DNA of 64,000 nucleotides, from positions 1,302,001-1,366,000 of the forward strand of contig JAWMAR010000327.1 in the NCBI GenBank assembly GCA_036785375.1. Direction: 5' to 3'. Every line of letters begins with the position of its first letter. Position 1 is the first letter of the stretch. Source of the stretch: Leucoraja ocellata (lineage: Eukaryota). Shown piece by piece: positions 27,363 to 42,164 of this stretch. The notes under the pieces were generated by a model. That model was given only the letters and a program-made list of their open reading frames with translations, made no database searches and was not told where the DNA came from. Made by a program: the position numbers and the translations under genes.

Positions 27363-30300
27363 CCGCCACCCCCATCCACCCTTCCAAATGTCCCGATGTT
27401 GAGTAAGAAAGATTGCTCCTTGACTCTAAATTCATCCCATGTCAAAAGAAAGGATTTCAAACCTGCAAAAAAAAAATTGCCCCATTCAGATTAGGAGCGT
27501 TTATTTCTTGCTTGGCCTTTGAACAGAGGGGTCGTGTCACTCAGGAAAGGGCTATTCCTTCCCTCTCCGTCTCCCCCTCGCCACAACGACACCGTTCACT
27601 AGCTCGCACTCGAAACCAACGTCGACCCGGGCTGGCTTTAAGGCAACATGCCACAAAGATTAAAGATTTGGCATTTTACAAGAAGACGAGGTGCTCCTGT
27701 AATCATAGCAGCGGTATGTAGGCCACAAAGTGCTACCAAACAGCTAGTGATGTCCTCCCTGGAGCGCTCCAGTCTCAGGCTTGTAGGATTTTTATCGACT
27801 ATTGCTGCTTCGCTCCATACCAAGTCTCTCTATGAATTAACATTAAATATGGCTGACTCAATATCAGCAATAAGCCAAATATATTAAAAAAGGGCGATGT
27901 GGCCAGCAAGGCGTCATTACCTGGTGCATCTATATTAAAAAGCGCCTCGCTTACGCTATGCTGTTGGAGGCATTATTTGTTGGTCTTCATTCTGTTTATT
28001 TTTACGGACTTTGCTTGGTTATGCAGGGAAATGTATGTTGACGGGAACGTTTAGTAGTGGATTATTTACGAGGGAATCAGGGGGTCAAGTTCTGGTCTAA
28101 GTGGCACATCTGCGAAACATTGAGGGCACTAATTCACCAAAGGCTGCGTTGCTTTTATTGTAGACATATTGGGGAATTAGCAAGAGTCCGCGTCCCCCCT
28201 TCGCAAGGGGGGAGGGGGCCTGATTATATCATGATGTATTGCAGGCTCCACGTTCAATCTGTAACACTGCAGCTAAAACGTGAGGACGGGAAAAAAAAAT
28301 CTAACAAAACACTCTAGCCATCCATTATGAAGAAAAATAGGAGCCATGCTGAGAAATTAGGTAAATAAATTCTAAATTAGAAGAATATTAACCACAACAT
28401 CATTCACACAGCACCACGCCTGTCTGGCCTGATGTGCAATTAAATTAAAGCATATTCGCGTTAGAACGTCCCCCGGTTGTGGGGCCGTCTACACTTTTAA
28501 AAAATGCTCACTTTCCGCTCTTTATCCCTGTCGTGGATCCGATGCAGCGATGCTTGTTTTGGGACGGAGGGACGAGGGAGCGCGGGGGTTATGCTATATT
28601 AAATCTAAAAAGACTATATGAATGGTTCCAGCTTTATCTCATAAAACTGTCCCGAATGTTCAAAGCGAATGCGCGTCAGTTCATCAATTTCTCCTTTCCT
28701 TTTAAAACGATCCAACATTTACAATAGACCTACCTACCTCGCTCATGTCACTGCAAGAAGGCAGATGTTATTTTTTCATACGTTTCTTGCAGTGACTAGG
28801 CACATGCATTGCGTTGAAAATGTTCCACTCCGTTCATATTGTTTGCTAAATGATTGTATATATTAAACTGAGAAGAAAATGGTGTGATTCAGATCAATCA
28901 AACAAGCATATGTGGTTTTATTTTTACCTCAGGGAAATGACTAAAATGTTCAGAAGTAAAAAGAAATTGTCCTTTCGCCCTCGTCGAAAACGTTGCATAT
29001 GTAATTTATTTTTAAGCGTTAGGTATCTACCGGTTTGTATTAATCTACAATACAATTCAAAAATATGTGCCCAGTTTAAAAAAATGTTTTATCTCAATTG
29101 GGTGACCTGTGATTGGTATAGTGACAGTCTAGTGTTCGGATTAGTTGTGTGTATATAGTAATCTATAGAGGGAGCGAGAGACCGTTATAAGATGCAAGCG
29201 CCAGTGACTTCTCAATATGTCTGCATTAAAACAAGCCATGATAAAATTGGTCTCAGCATGGTGCATAATTGCAACATAATGTTTCCAAATAACATTTAAA
29301 GAGATAGTTGATCATAGAGTTAAAATTACAGACTAGCTGCAGTGTACTCAAAACGGCTGACACTATTGAAGCTTGCCCAGGTGTTAGCAGAACCAGTCAT
29401 GTTCCCTACTCATGTTTAATTTTCCACATGTGAGTGTGTAATGAAAAATACGTCAGATGTATCGAGGCTCAAACACTCCGTAGTCCAAACCGCGTCTCTG
29501 TACACGCGGTTAATGTGCCCGACACGAGAAGAAGAATTGTTTGCACATTTAATTAAGTAAATATGTCCACATATACGATTTGTGCACTGTAGAGGATGTC
29601 TTATAAAATGTATTGACGTCACTGTGATCAGAGTGTATACCAGAAGGAACCTCCTGACGCCTCCACTGACTGTTTAAGGTTTCACCCTGTTTATACTCAC
29701 AGTGCTGAGGCTACAGCGACATTACAACCCAAAGCATCTCATTTATCCGCCTGAACTTCAAGTGAAGTGTCTCCATTCTGCCCTTCATTAGTGGTCTGCA
29801 TGTTTCCATTTACTTTACCAAACTAGTCCTTCTTCCCACAAATCAACCTCCCACCCACCCACCCACCCATCCAAGGCACTATATTGATCCCTCATTTGAG
29901 TTTGCATTTTTAATTATCATCCTTTTAGAAGCCTATTTTTAATGGCATGTCACACCATTCGTAAATATGTTTCCATGTAACTTCGCTAGGCTTATTCCAC
30001 AACCGGGCCGTTATAAATCCTTTACTTTTGTTTGCAATCTTTTACTTTCATTTCCGTCTGCCTCTTCTCCTCCGTTTCTCTGTCGCGCGCACGTACTCAC
30101 ACACTCACACACACGTAAATATAACTGAGATGCACATGCCACGTGTTGATAAATTTGTACTTAATGACAACCTAACTCCAATCTCAATAGAAATAAAGCG
30201 CTTACTTTTTGCAGACATCCCCTCTGGCCGCTGCCTTCTTTAATTATGTGTGCTACATCTCTTCCCTGTGGAAAAAAAGGCCTGGTGTTTTGGATGCAAT

Positions 30301-31946
30301 CTCGGTGCAATGTTTTTTTTTTAAGGGACTTACTGCTCCAAACCCAAAGGCTCCCAGTTAAGTGCAGATTGAGACATATCGGGTTCCTTATAAAAGGATC
30401 ATTTCGTGTGGGAGGTTGGACACAAAGTTTGGACTCGTGACTTGCATTCCTGAGCGGCATGCATATTTTAAAACAACAAAGCAAGCGAGGAACAAGGCTT
30501 AGAGCAAAACAAAAACTTGGAAGTCTGAGCGATGAGAATTACTGTTTAAAAAATATCACATATCTGCTGTTCTTTCAGAGTGCGGCGGATAGTGTATGTT
30601 GCAAATTTGTGGGAACCTTGCTTCAATTATTTTAATAGCTGATTGCTTTGTCTCTTAAGGTTCATTTGAAAGGGCATTAAGTATGGTTAAAATATGCAAC
30701 AGTTAAAACAAGTGACGAAGAAGGCAGGCTAACATATTTACCAGTGCACAGTGATACCGGTTGGTGCATCAGTAAAACGTGAAGTACTTTCTCAGACTCA
30801 GCACGTTGGTCCTGACTTGGCGTATAATGACTACGTTCTTATGTAATGAGTGTAGTTATTAATGGGAAATCAAATGAGAGAAACTCGGGCGAAATAGTGG
30901 CAGCTGAATATATATGGGCAGCGTCACACGGCGTGTGAAACCACAATTCAATGCTTGGTGCCAAAAATGCGCCTGATTGCTTTATTCATTTCATTCATTA
31001 AACATGTGATTATCGAGGTAATAAATGAAAAAGACAAATCCTGACGAAATATCATGTAGGCCACGTAAACATGTGCCCCCGTGCAGCTCTAGACACGGCT
31101 GTGTTCTTCACTAGACTGGATCGATTCTTATTTCTGCCATAAAACACCGTTTGCAACATGTGTGGAAATTTGAGCCCCGGCAGAAAATAAAATGAAGACG
31201 AAATGAGGGAACAAATAGTGAGGACGTGGATATCTCTGTTAGTTGTCAGTGCGGGCCCATGGGCCGAGAATGCTAATGTGACTGTGCCGTGAAAACTGAA
31301 GCTGCGTGTGTGTGTGCAGCGATCGATACCTGACCCATTGGTTTGGGCAATGTTTTATCTAGCCAAGCAATGATATTATCACCCCTGAACGTTATATACA
31401 GCAAACGTCTTCCTAAATCAACACACTGGTTCGCTTACAGAATGCATCTCTGCAGCCCCATTTCACAGAATCCTTTACGGATGGGGTGCTTAATATCCGG
31501 TAGCATTTATTTTTAATCCATTGCCGCAGCTTGATCTGAGATTCTAGACATGTACATACACAATTATGCAGACGTTATCTTGCTCGGTAACACTTTGGAT
31601 CATGATAGGTGACCTGTATTTGAGGGGAGGTGGGATGGGGAGGAGGTGGATGAAGGGGGTGGGGGTGGTTTTCATAGCTGGTTGCTGGGATGGTGTGGGA
31701 CGGGCGAGGGACAAAGACAGAAGCCACAATGGTTTTTTTTTTAACGTTTTGCTGGAAAGTCCATTTTAAAGTTTAAACCAAGTTGTCACGTAAGCGGCGA
31801 TTATATCAGACCATTCTCGTGAACTGATTAAGAAAGAAAACACATCTGCAATCCAGAGCAATGCTGTTGACCAAGCAATCTGAATGCATCTAACATGTGT
31901 TGCCCAACCTACTCTCCCCAATCTACTCTCCACATAATGCCCACCC

Positions 31947-31949
<3 letters not shown>

Positions 31950-31992
<43 letters not shown>
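31950..31992. repeat. (CA)n microsatellite
   Basis: Directly visible. Confidence 0.95.
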
Positions 31993-31995
<3 letters not shown>

Positions 31996-34900
31996 TGCCT
32001 ACAGCATAAATATTCTGGATAAAGTGCAATACCTTTTGCATTGCAATAACCATTGAACAGATCGCATGGTGCCATGCCATACATGTGATCATTTGAATTG
32101 TGATGAAACGGGCAATAATTATTTGCGCAGATATTTGGAAAATATGTTGTCTTCTAAATATACGATATTCGATATACTGCGTGTTTTTGTTTGTCTGAGC
32201 AATGGCCGAAAGAAAACTTATCACTGTTTGAAAATTAGATGGGCTTCCTTCCCTAGGCCAACAATTTTGAATTGCAATTAAATAAATGGCGATCGCACCT
32301 CTCTTTAATCAGAACGACCGCAGAAGGACCTAATGGAGTTCCCAGTGGCTGACGCGCCACGAATCCGGACTGTCCACTCTCTTCTAAAGATACTGAAATG
32401 TGTGATGTGAACTTTTTCAGGCTGATTTTTTCATGGAGTGGGTTGACGCTGGAATTCGGATTCCTCGGTGTGGGGTTTGAAACGTTTTGCTGACAAGTGG
32501 GTATAATAAATGAGGGTCGCTTTCAGATGGATATCTCAGACGTGAAATTGCGCCCAGCTGGTTGTATAAGCAAACAAATAGTTTCATGTAAGACTCTCGA
32601 CTTGTAGGTTGATGAATAGAACACGACATCGGTAAATGGGTCTTTAACTCATTTAGGAATAAAACTCTTGGCTCTCTAAGTGAAAGACACGGAGACGCCA
32701 TGTACCCAGAACAAGTCGCTATTTAAAAAAAAAGAGTTTTATTAGTTTCCACTCCTTCACCCACATTTGCCATTAATTTCAAATGTCACTCAATTACAAT
32801 GGTCACTAGATCATCAGTGCAAAAAATAAACGAGTCCTAACTTCCACCACACGCACGGAGATTAATAGATTTGTTTTGTGATCATAGTTGGTTCGGATGT
32901 GCGAGAATTTAACAAATAAAACGGACTTTTCCTATTTGACAAGTGGCATTTGTCTGCAAAATAAAACCACCCTTCTTGACAAGTACGATGAGGTGGATGC
33001 GTCCAATCTGCGTGGTTTTGAACACTAACTACTTTTCAGGATTAATCTCAACCCTCCGCTTTCTCCAACACCATATTGAATATAACACCAAGGGATTCGC
33101 TCTGCAGCTCACAATCAGGCCGATCAAATATCTTTTTAATCTGTTAGTGTTAAAGCGTTCTCAAACTGCAAGAAAAAGTGGCAGGAGTTAAGCGGTGAAA
33201 ATAGACAGGTGGAATGAAAATAAATCCAATTCGCTCGACTTGAACTGCAATCAACAATTTAAAATAAATGGTTCAAACAACAGACAGACAGTACTTAGCC
33301 TTTACATAGTTAGATCCCTAAGGGACTTCCTTTTTGATTTTTTAAACAAACATTATGGTTACATCAGCTTAAAATACACCTGAAAAACACCAGCAATCCA
33401 TTGGAGAATCTGAAATCAGCTAAAAGGTGGGAACATTAATTGTGATATGAGGCGGCGTAAGGGGGGAGGTGGAGGGTGTGATGTGGTGAATTCAGTAGTG
33501 AAGTTGAAAGCGAAAATGGTAAAGGGAACATAAAAGTATGTATTTAAAGGGCAAATAAAGCCGAGGGGAAGATAAAAAAATAAGTCTCCGAGGTGAATTC
33601 AGGACATAAACTAGAGTCAACACACGTGTGAAAATTCAGGGGCAAACGGAGATTCCAGCAATGCTTCAGGAAAGTGGGTTCAAGAATTCCAAGAAACAAG
33701 AGGGAAGATGGGGTGTTTCAGTAGGTAAAGTCCAAACAGTAAGTTTCACAATAAAAAATCGAGTCGTATGAAAGACAAGACGAGCGCTAAAATGAGAATC
33801 GAAGCAAACACGGGATTGGGGAATGATGTTTGGGGCAAAAGTATGGGGTGGAATGGAGGATGAGACCCAACTTAATTCTGCATCAACAGCTCAATAATTT
33901 GACAGAAATATACTTATTTTCTTCTTTTTAAAAATAAGAAGTGCAATGTCTTGTGAAATAATAAAACATATTTCCAAACTGAAAGATCATTTATTATAAG
34001 AACAATACACAGCTGGCTTCATGTTTTATTAAAAAAAGTACACTAACATACACTCATCCAGCATTTAATTGTTCAGACTCATGTTCGGATTAATTTATGC
34101 AATGGTGGCAATATACCCCCCCTTCATCAATTACCAGTCTCCATTTTCGTAACATGTAACACCTCGTCTTCAAAAAAAGACCAGCTTTACAATTTCAGTT
34201 GCTGGTATATAAAGCTCGGGATAATGTTATTGCTCCAATATTGAGTCTGAACTACCTAACTCCACCTCCTAAATCACCCGTTAAACTTCCTAGATTGTTG
34301 GATTATTTTAATTTCTGAAACATCTTTCCTTGATTCAGGGTCTTATTTCATTTAGAGTTTATTCCTAAGGCATGACACTAATCCATCCTCTCATATTAAC
34401 CACGCTGCAAAGTCAATGGTAAAAAGTCACGATGTCACAGCATGTTAGATCCTTCTCGGTAAAATAATTTGAGTCCTGCTTTTAACTGCAGAAGAATTTA
34501 TTGGGGAGGAAAGAACAGCATGATTAGAAATTAAATCATTTGCGAAATTTTATTTAAAATAGGAAAGTAACAGAAAGGAGCATTTGAATTGGGAAACAGT
34601 AGTGTGTGGAAATGTGTTTTATTACACAAAAAAAATCACAATTTTGATAGAAATAAATCATTGTGGTACGCAGAGTACAGGTAAATGATACAGATATAAG
34701 TAGCTGGAGAACAGCCTCCAGGACACGTAAGTACATTCTACGTACCAGGCAGATTGGCCACACACTGTATAATTCCCAGCTTTTTTGCAAAATAATTCTG
34801 AACGACAGAAATGGAACTATGGATTTTGTGGCCCACATGCTTTGTTTCTGTTCCGCTTTTACGTGGAAAGACTGAAAATGGTCGGTAGACGATGTTATTT

Positions 34901-37445
34901 TAGGTAATGCTTTTAATGCTTTTAAGACGCCATATTTGTTTGCTGGTATAAATGATTATGGCTTCACATGCTATCAAAGCATTTGAGTGGACTTTCTCCA
35001 AGAGATGGGCAGCCTTTAATATAAATATGTTCGTCATCCTCAATACAATCGGCGATTTACTGAGCCTATATCACAATACATCGTCAAATGTAACAATAAA
35101 TGTTGAAATCGGGCATCTTGAGTTGAAATTAACCTTTATTTCCAGTTTAAAGGTCGATATATTTTTAGTAATGATCCGAAGTTTGCTTTTGAAAAAAAAA
35201 CCTATTAATATTTGAATATTCAAATTATTTGTATTGGACTGAAAATCTACGGAGATAGCCGCTCGGTTGCATTTCTTAAATAGAAAATGTAAATTAAAAA
35301 TAAAACCAAAACAACATTTTGAGAATAAAGCCTTCAGCTGATTGAGTTCAGATACTGACATTTTGTCAATTTCACAAAATGTCTGCGGAGATTTTAAGTA
35401 GTCGGTAATAAGAAAAATAGGCTATCAGTTATTAAACAACATGTGCCCAATGTACAAACATGGCTTTAGCATAAAGAAAGTGGAATTCAGTATTTACACA
35501 GTGGCAGAATTGCGTGTTCAATGGCATCACAGACAACGTCAAGACTTAATTTCTGTAGAATGGTACGGCGCGGTGTTAAGGGATGGGGTTTTAACATATG
35601 CCGGAATCCAGTCATACGCCTCACAATCAGAGCCATGAAATAGAAAAAAAAATGTGCTTAAAAATGGGAATTCAGACAAATAATTAGAAGCAGAGTTTCA
35701 AAATACAATTTTTTTTAAATTTTGGAACGCAATTACTACCCCCACAGTTACTGACATGGAATACCACAGGACGCCTCTGCCTTGCTCTGTACTACAAGTT
35801 TTTTAAGTATTTTAATTGGATTTAACGGTGAAACGATGAAATTTAAAATAATCTATGATGGCTTTGATGTTGATGGGCGGCCGTGCAAGGGGGTGTAAAT
35901 GTCGGGGTTGATGGAGGCAGAGGCCTGGGGACAACGCTAATAGCGAGAACAGACAATACGTTCCCTGAAATTACCCTGAAATATCCAGAATGGTAAGTAT
36001 AACCAGGGTGTGAACATCAATGTTTATTTTTTGAGGGGGTGTTTCATCTTGACTGCGTAGGCATGTATGTTCAGTGTTGCTGCATATGCTGTTTATCACT
36101 GCATATAAACAAGTGCAGGAAAACGTATATAGACAATCCATTTACACGTTAATTATTCCATCTAAAAGAGTCTATGGGCATCGCCTTGTGTATCCCGGAG
36201 CTTTGCGACTAGAATGTTAAAAACCCCAAGCGGCCAGATAGCAGATTCTCGTTAAATGTAAATAGAAATAGAAAGCTTGGAGAGGAAACTGAAGGTGCAC
36301 ACACACGTACACACGCACAAACATTTCACACATACACACGTACAATATACTTTCACTCCCACTAACACACAGACATTTGCAGCCACTCTCTCGGATTCAC
36401 AATGTGCCTTGTGGTGCTTTGCTCGGGCTTGGCTGTTACGTTTAATTTCGATGCAGAGTTGTTAAAGCTCTCCCATGACAGTGTGTGCTAGAGCTTTGAC
36501 CCGGATTATCAAACATTAATGAAAGCAGCAACTGAAATTTACAACAGCCTTCCCTGGACAAGGCACAGCCGTCTTTACATCTACACTGCTTGCAAGCGAT
36601 AGGGTTTTCAAATCTTATTCCCAATATTTTTTTTAATCCTGTAACCACTATATAACTTTAATGTCTTATTTAGAGGATGAGGAGGGAACACAACATTTAT
36701 GTGAGTGTTAAGGTAGATTATTTTCCAAATATATCTGGGATGGGAGTGCTCTAAAATGTATATTGTAGATCATCGAAGTGAGATGAATAACACAGACACA
36801 GCTACGATAGATCTCTTTTATATCACTTTTGTAACTGTTCCAACATAACAACCATTTTTACAAGAATATTCCATCATACCAACAGAACAACGCGTTTGCA
36901 AGAGTACAGCGCTTGTACTTTTTTTTTTTGCTAAACGTTGTTTCTTTAAAAAAAAAACTACAGGTAAACAGGCTTGGCAGTAGTGATAGGAAAGTTTGGT
37001 TACATGATTAAAAACTGGGAGATGAATGGTACTTCAGAGTCTTGGGGTGGGGGCATACAGGGGAAATTTACGTTTTATTTCCACGTGGAAATTCGGAGAC
37101 AAGGCGGAGGTAGGATGGGGGCGGTTCTCATAAACAAAATAAAACTTTAATCAAGATAGTCCTGAATATAAATGAGCAGTTTCAGTCCAACTAATTTCAG
37201 AGTTCATGGAGACCTTTGTTAAATGAAAGAGATAAGTGCCTTGGACACTCAGACCAAAACTACAGAGGCAATGGGAATCGGCACAGAATACAAATGTTCT
37301 TTAGGGGGTCCACTGCGTGAGAGTTTAAAAACACGTTTTCTCTATTAACATTTCGGAGTGCTCTCTAATAATCTGATCACTTTTTAAAACGTCAGTTTCG
37401 CCAATAATGCAGGCTATTCGGCACGCTTAAAGCGACAAAGTTTCA

Positions 37446-38007
37446 TTTATTTTAAACGTTGTGCTAAATTCTTGTATTTATTTGTTTAATTCGGATTTCA
37501 ATTTTAATTCTTGGAGAACATAGTTTTGACGACATTAATCGCACTCGTTATATGAAGCAAAAGGTCGTATAAAAAAAAAATTAGTATAGAATCACAGAAA
37601 ACCTGGTTTGGAACCAGGAAAAAAAAAATACAAAACAGATATAGATACACAGACACAGGACAAATTTATAATTATTTGGAAAATGTTATTTTCCCCCTAA
37701 TTTCTGATTTGTTTTAAAATGCGCATACGATGTTTTTTTTTAAATTTTACAAAAAAGAAAATAATGACTAATATTTTACAAAATGATAAACAATGCTTGT
37801 GGTAAGTGTAGTTCTACATATGATGCAGTTCAGTTCTTTTTCACAGAATAAATCCCACAGTCACCAGCTTGGCCTCTTGGAAGGTCCTTTTATTTTCACA
37901 GATATCATCCTATAGGAACTTTCAAGTCCTTGAATAGAGAGGGTGTCTCGCCTAAAATGCTTTTGTTTTTTTTTTTGTTTTGTTTGGGGAGGGGTGTCCT
38001 TCTCTCA
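37446..38007 (-). other. NR2F1: NR2F1 3' UTR with poly(A) signals (AATAAA on minus strand at 37482-37477 and 37451-37446)
   Basis: U-rich UTR after tandem TGA TGA; distal part (ctggttccaaaccagg...gtgattctatactaa...caagaattaaaattgaa) resembles the mammalian COUP-TF mRNA 3' end as I recall it. Confidence 0.7.
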
Positions 38008-38340
<333 letters not shown>

Positions 38341-38378
38341 TTAATCCTGGTTTATTGTTTTGATATCAATCCATACAC

Positions 38379-38471
38379 TCCCTCCCCCCCCCCCACTTCT
38401 CACTTTCTCTCTCTTTCTCTCCCCCCCCCCCCCCCACACACACACACAAACACACACACACACACACACAC
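38379..38471. repeat. Poly-C/(CT)n/(CA)n compound microsatellite in NR2F1 intron 2
   Basis: Directly visible. Confidence 0.9.
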
Positions 38472-39894
38472 TCCTCTCCAAGCTGCTCGTGAACCAGGTT
38501 CTGATAACGCGAATCTTTTCTGCTGCAAATATTTCATTTTGATGGCATAAAAAACAGCAGAAACATTGGATCGAAGGTAACAAAGGCACCCATTTCCCAC
38601 AGAGAACCGAGCAAGAGACACCAGTGTCCGGGAACATTGTGTGATAGATACTGCTATGTGTTATTGTTTACAGCACACACTTTCAGTGCATTCCACTTCG
38701 ATGTGGTTTATTTTCAATTAATTCTACAGAACACAGTGTAACCGAGTACCGAATTAGATGAAACAAGTGTAAAAGGCAAGACGTACTAACCACGCATACA
38801 TCACTCACACACAAAAGGACAGCCCTTATATGCTGTGAAATCTCTCCTTTTTCTGGCAGTTTTGTACGGCAACTGTGTTAACGAAGTGGCTATGTTGTAC
38901 GTAACGCTTTCCAATGAATATAGAAATATAGTCTATTGAAGACACTGCTAATTCTAGTGCCTGGTGGCTGTGGTTTTACACAAATGTTATGTGAAATTAC
39001 GTTTGGTAAATAAAAATAATGCAATGAATGAGTGTGCGATATTTGCTGAACCCTGTCGAATGTGAAACATTTTGTGGAACAAAAAGCGCCAGATATTTTA
39101 CGCTTTATTTCAGGAAGAGATCTTGGACGATTTGTAAAAATGTATCCGCGTAGAACTCGTATTTTAGCAAGTGGATTAATGTAGTAAAATAGGAAGTTTG
39201 GGTCACGACCCCGCACTTGGACAGCGTCCAGAACGAGAGGTTGAAAATGCTATCCAGAAACTAAGGTAAAACCACAACAATCCTAATGCAGGCTTCAGTA
39301 ACTTGAAGCGGCCTTCACTCACACACCAGCGGGAAAGAAAATGGCACAAAAAAGCACCATCTCGATTATCTAAAAACTCTTCGCTCTGGAGAACTTGGAC
39401 AGCTTCTCAGAAAGGTTTCCAATGAATTCCCCTCTGGCTAAAAATCAAAACAAGTTTGGTCAAAACTGGGAGAGGTACTCGTGGTGGCGGTGGGGAGGTG
39501 GATATGAGTGGTATTGCGGATATAACGCATTGGGACATCTATATTCTTTATTTTCCTGCAATAATCGGAACGACCAATTATTTATCTTTTGTTTTACCTT
39601 TCTCTGATTTTGCTCTATTTACCAGCAGATTACAAGATGAAGGGATAATTTACGTAGATTCAAGGGGTGTTCAAAACAGGATTAATTTGTAATATTTTCT
39701 GATCATTTTTCCCAAGTTGTTTAATAAAACGTGCTGTATAAAATTATGTATTGGTATAAAGCCTGATTCATATCACTCATACATAAATAACCCGGAATGG
39801 TATATGTCTCCTTGCTCCTGCTATACTGGGTGAACGGCAGTATTGATTTAGATCCAATGTACTCAACTTTATTTCTCATTCGCTTTTCGAGCTA

Positions 39895-40509
<615 letters not shown>

Positions 40510-41149
40510 TCATTACTATTATTAATTGCAGTTTTAAAAAAAGTTCACAGATAAACAATGTCATTTCTTAACGCAAAATTTAAATATGCGACAATGTTAG
40601 AAATAAGACGTATAAAATAGAAAAAATACTAAATATAGCTTTACCCGTAGAAGCAGACCACATTATGTCTGTGAAACAAATCGCAAGCACATAACATTGC
40701 AGAAGAATCGCTGGATTGCAAAAACCCACCCCAACTGTACCACCCACCCACGGTTACAATTGGAAAAATCTCCAAACATCTAATGCATGAATGCAAACGA
40801 TTAACTTACAATTACAGGGGGTGGGGGGGAAAGACCGATGTATTAACCATTTGAATCCACAAAAATATGCAGCCATGCTTGTAATTGTTAAACTCTATCA
40901 ACTTTGAAGCTAGGGGATCGGAAATATTTTTTGACTTAGCCGAAATGAAAATATATATTTATTATTAGGAATATCTATTGGCATTTTTTTTCAGTATCAA
41001 TTGTATTTTACAATTCATTGGTTAGATTGCTCTGTTTTGGGATGAGCAAACGCCAAAGCATTTGATAAGACCAAATCACATGAACACGGTGAGAAATGTC
41101 AAGCTCTGATCTCACATTTACAGCGACGATAAATAAAAAAAATATTCAC

Positions 41150-41594
41150 CTTCCCGTCTCATCCCAACTTTGAGGCATTTCTTCAGGCGACAGTATTGGC
41201 ACTGATTGCGGTGGTGTTGGTCTATAGGACAATTCCGGTTGGCACGACATGTGTACGTTAAGTTTCGCCGAACACTTCTCTTGAAGAAACTTTTGCAGCC
41301 CTCACATGTGAACTGGCCGTAGTGCTTGCCGCTAGATTTATCCCCACACACGACACACTCGATGTGTTGCTGCTGCTGGCTGGGCTGCTGCTTCTCGCCG
41401 CCTGGCTGGACACTCTGACTGCTGCCCCCGAGCGGGGTGGAAGGCGGCCCCGGTTGGCCCGGAGTCTGCGGGGTGTGTGGAGCGCCCGACGCCGCCTGCT
41501 GCTGCTGGCCCGGCTGCGCTTGTGCAGACTGGCCGCCCTGAGCTCCGGCCACGTCGTCCTGTGGAGCTCGCCAAGTACTAACTACCATTGCCAT
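41150..41594 (-). CDS. NR2F1: NR2F1 coding exon 1 (A/B region plus two C4 zinc-finger DNA-binding domain)
   Basis: ATG at 41594 (GATATGG); [17 protein letters not shown]...[72 protein letters not shown]; donor G|GTGAAT; exons sum to 1248 nt = 415 aa plus stop. Confidence 0.98.
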
Positions 41595-41690
41595 ATCTCG
41601 GGCCCAAAAAGTGCGGGAAAACAAGTTGGTCGCACGGATTTTTTTTGTCCTGTGGGTAGGGAGCAGAGTTGGATGGTGGTAACAGAAATG

Positions 41691-41692
41691 AG

Positions 41693-41723
<31 letters not shown>

Positions 41724-41750
41724 ATAGGGAGAGAGAGAGAGAGAGAGGGG
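41691..41750. repeat. (GA)n/(CT)n microsatellite in the NR2F1 5' leader
   Basis: Directly visible. Confidence 0.9.
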
Positions 41751-41887
41751 AAAAGGAATACAACTGCGATCAAAGCAACTCACTCAGACACACACACACA
41801 GGGAGCAGTGAATGAATGAGTGTGCGTTGATCACCAGTAACCGAAACAAATGGGCAGCAAAAAGAAAGAATAAAAAAAATATCCCGA

Positions 41888-41941
41888 TCAGGGGAAGCAA
41901 GTGTCGGGAGGCCAGATCCAGGGCAACACGCAGTCAGCCAT
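41888..41941 (-). other. Upstream ORF in NR2F1 5' leader, MADCVLPWIWPPDTCFP*
   Basis: ATG at 41941-41939 (TGAATGG), TGA at 41890-41888; translation not demonstrated. Confidence 0.5.
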
Positions 41942-42164
41942 TCAGGAAAGCAATATAGGAGAGAACGAGGGGTTAAAGATTATGGGAGTTGGGGGTGGGG
42001 GGGAAAGGAAAGAAACGATCACAATTCGAGGGGACACACACAGAAAAAAAATAACCACGCGATCCGAAGTAAAGTATGGCGAGTGTTAAATCCCTTCTTC
42101 TCCGAAGATCTGAATTGTCAGAGAAAAAAAAACTCACCAGGACAAAAAAAAAGGCCGGCCGACG

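Noticed and set aside
27238-27494. HTHTHT/VCVCVC ORFs (also at 31766-32224 and 38341-38637)
   Set aside because: Translations of (CA)n microsatellites
41595-41783. 63-codon N-terminal extension of the exon-1 ORF in the track
   Set aside because: Starts at a non-AUG codon and runs through a (CT)n microsatellite; the conserved start MAMVV is at 41594
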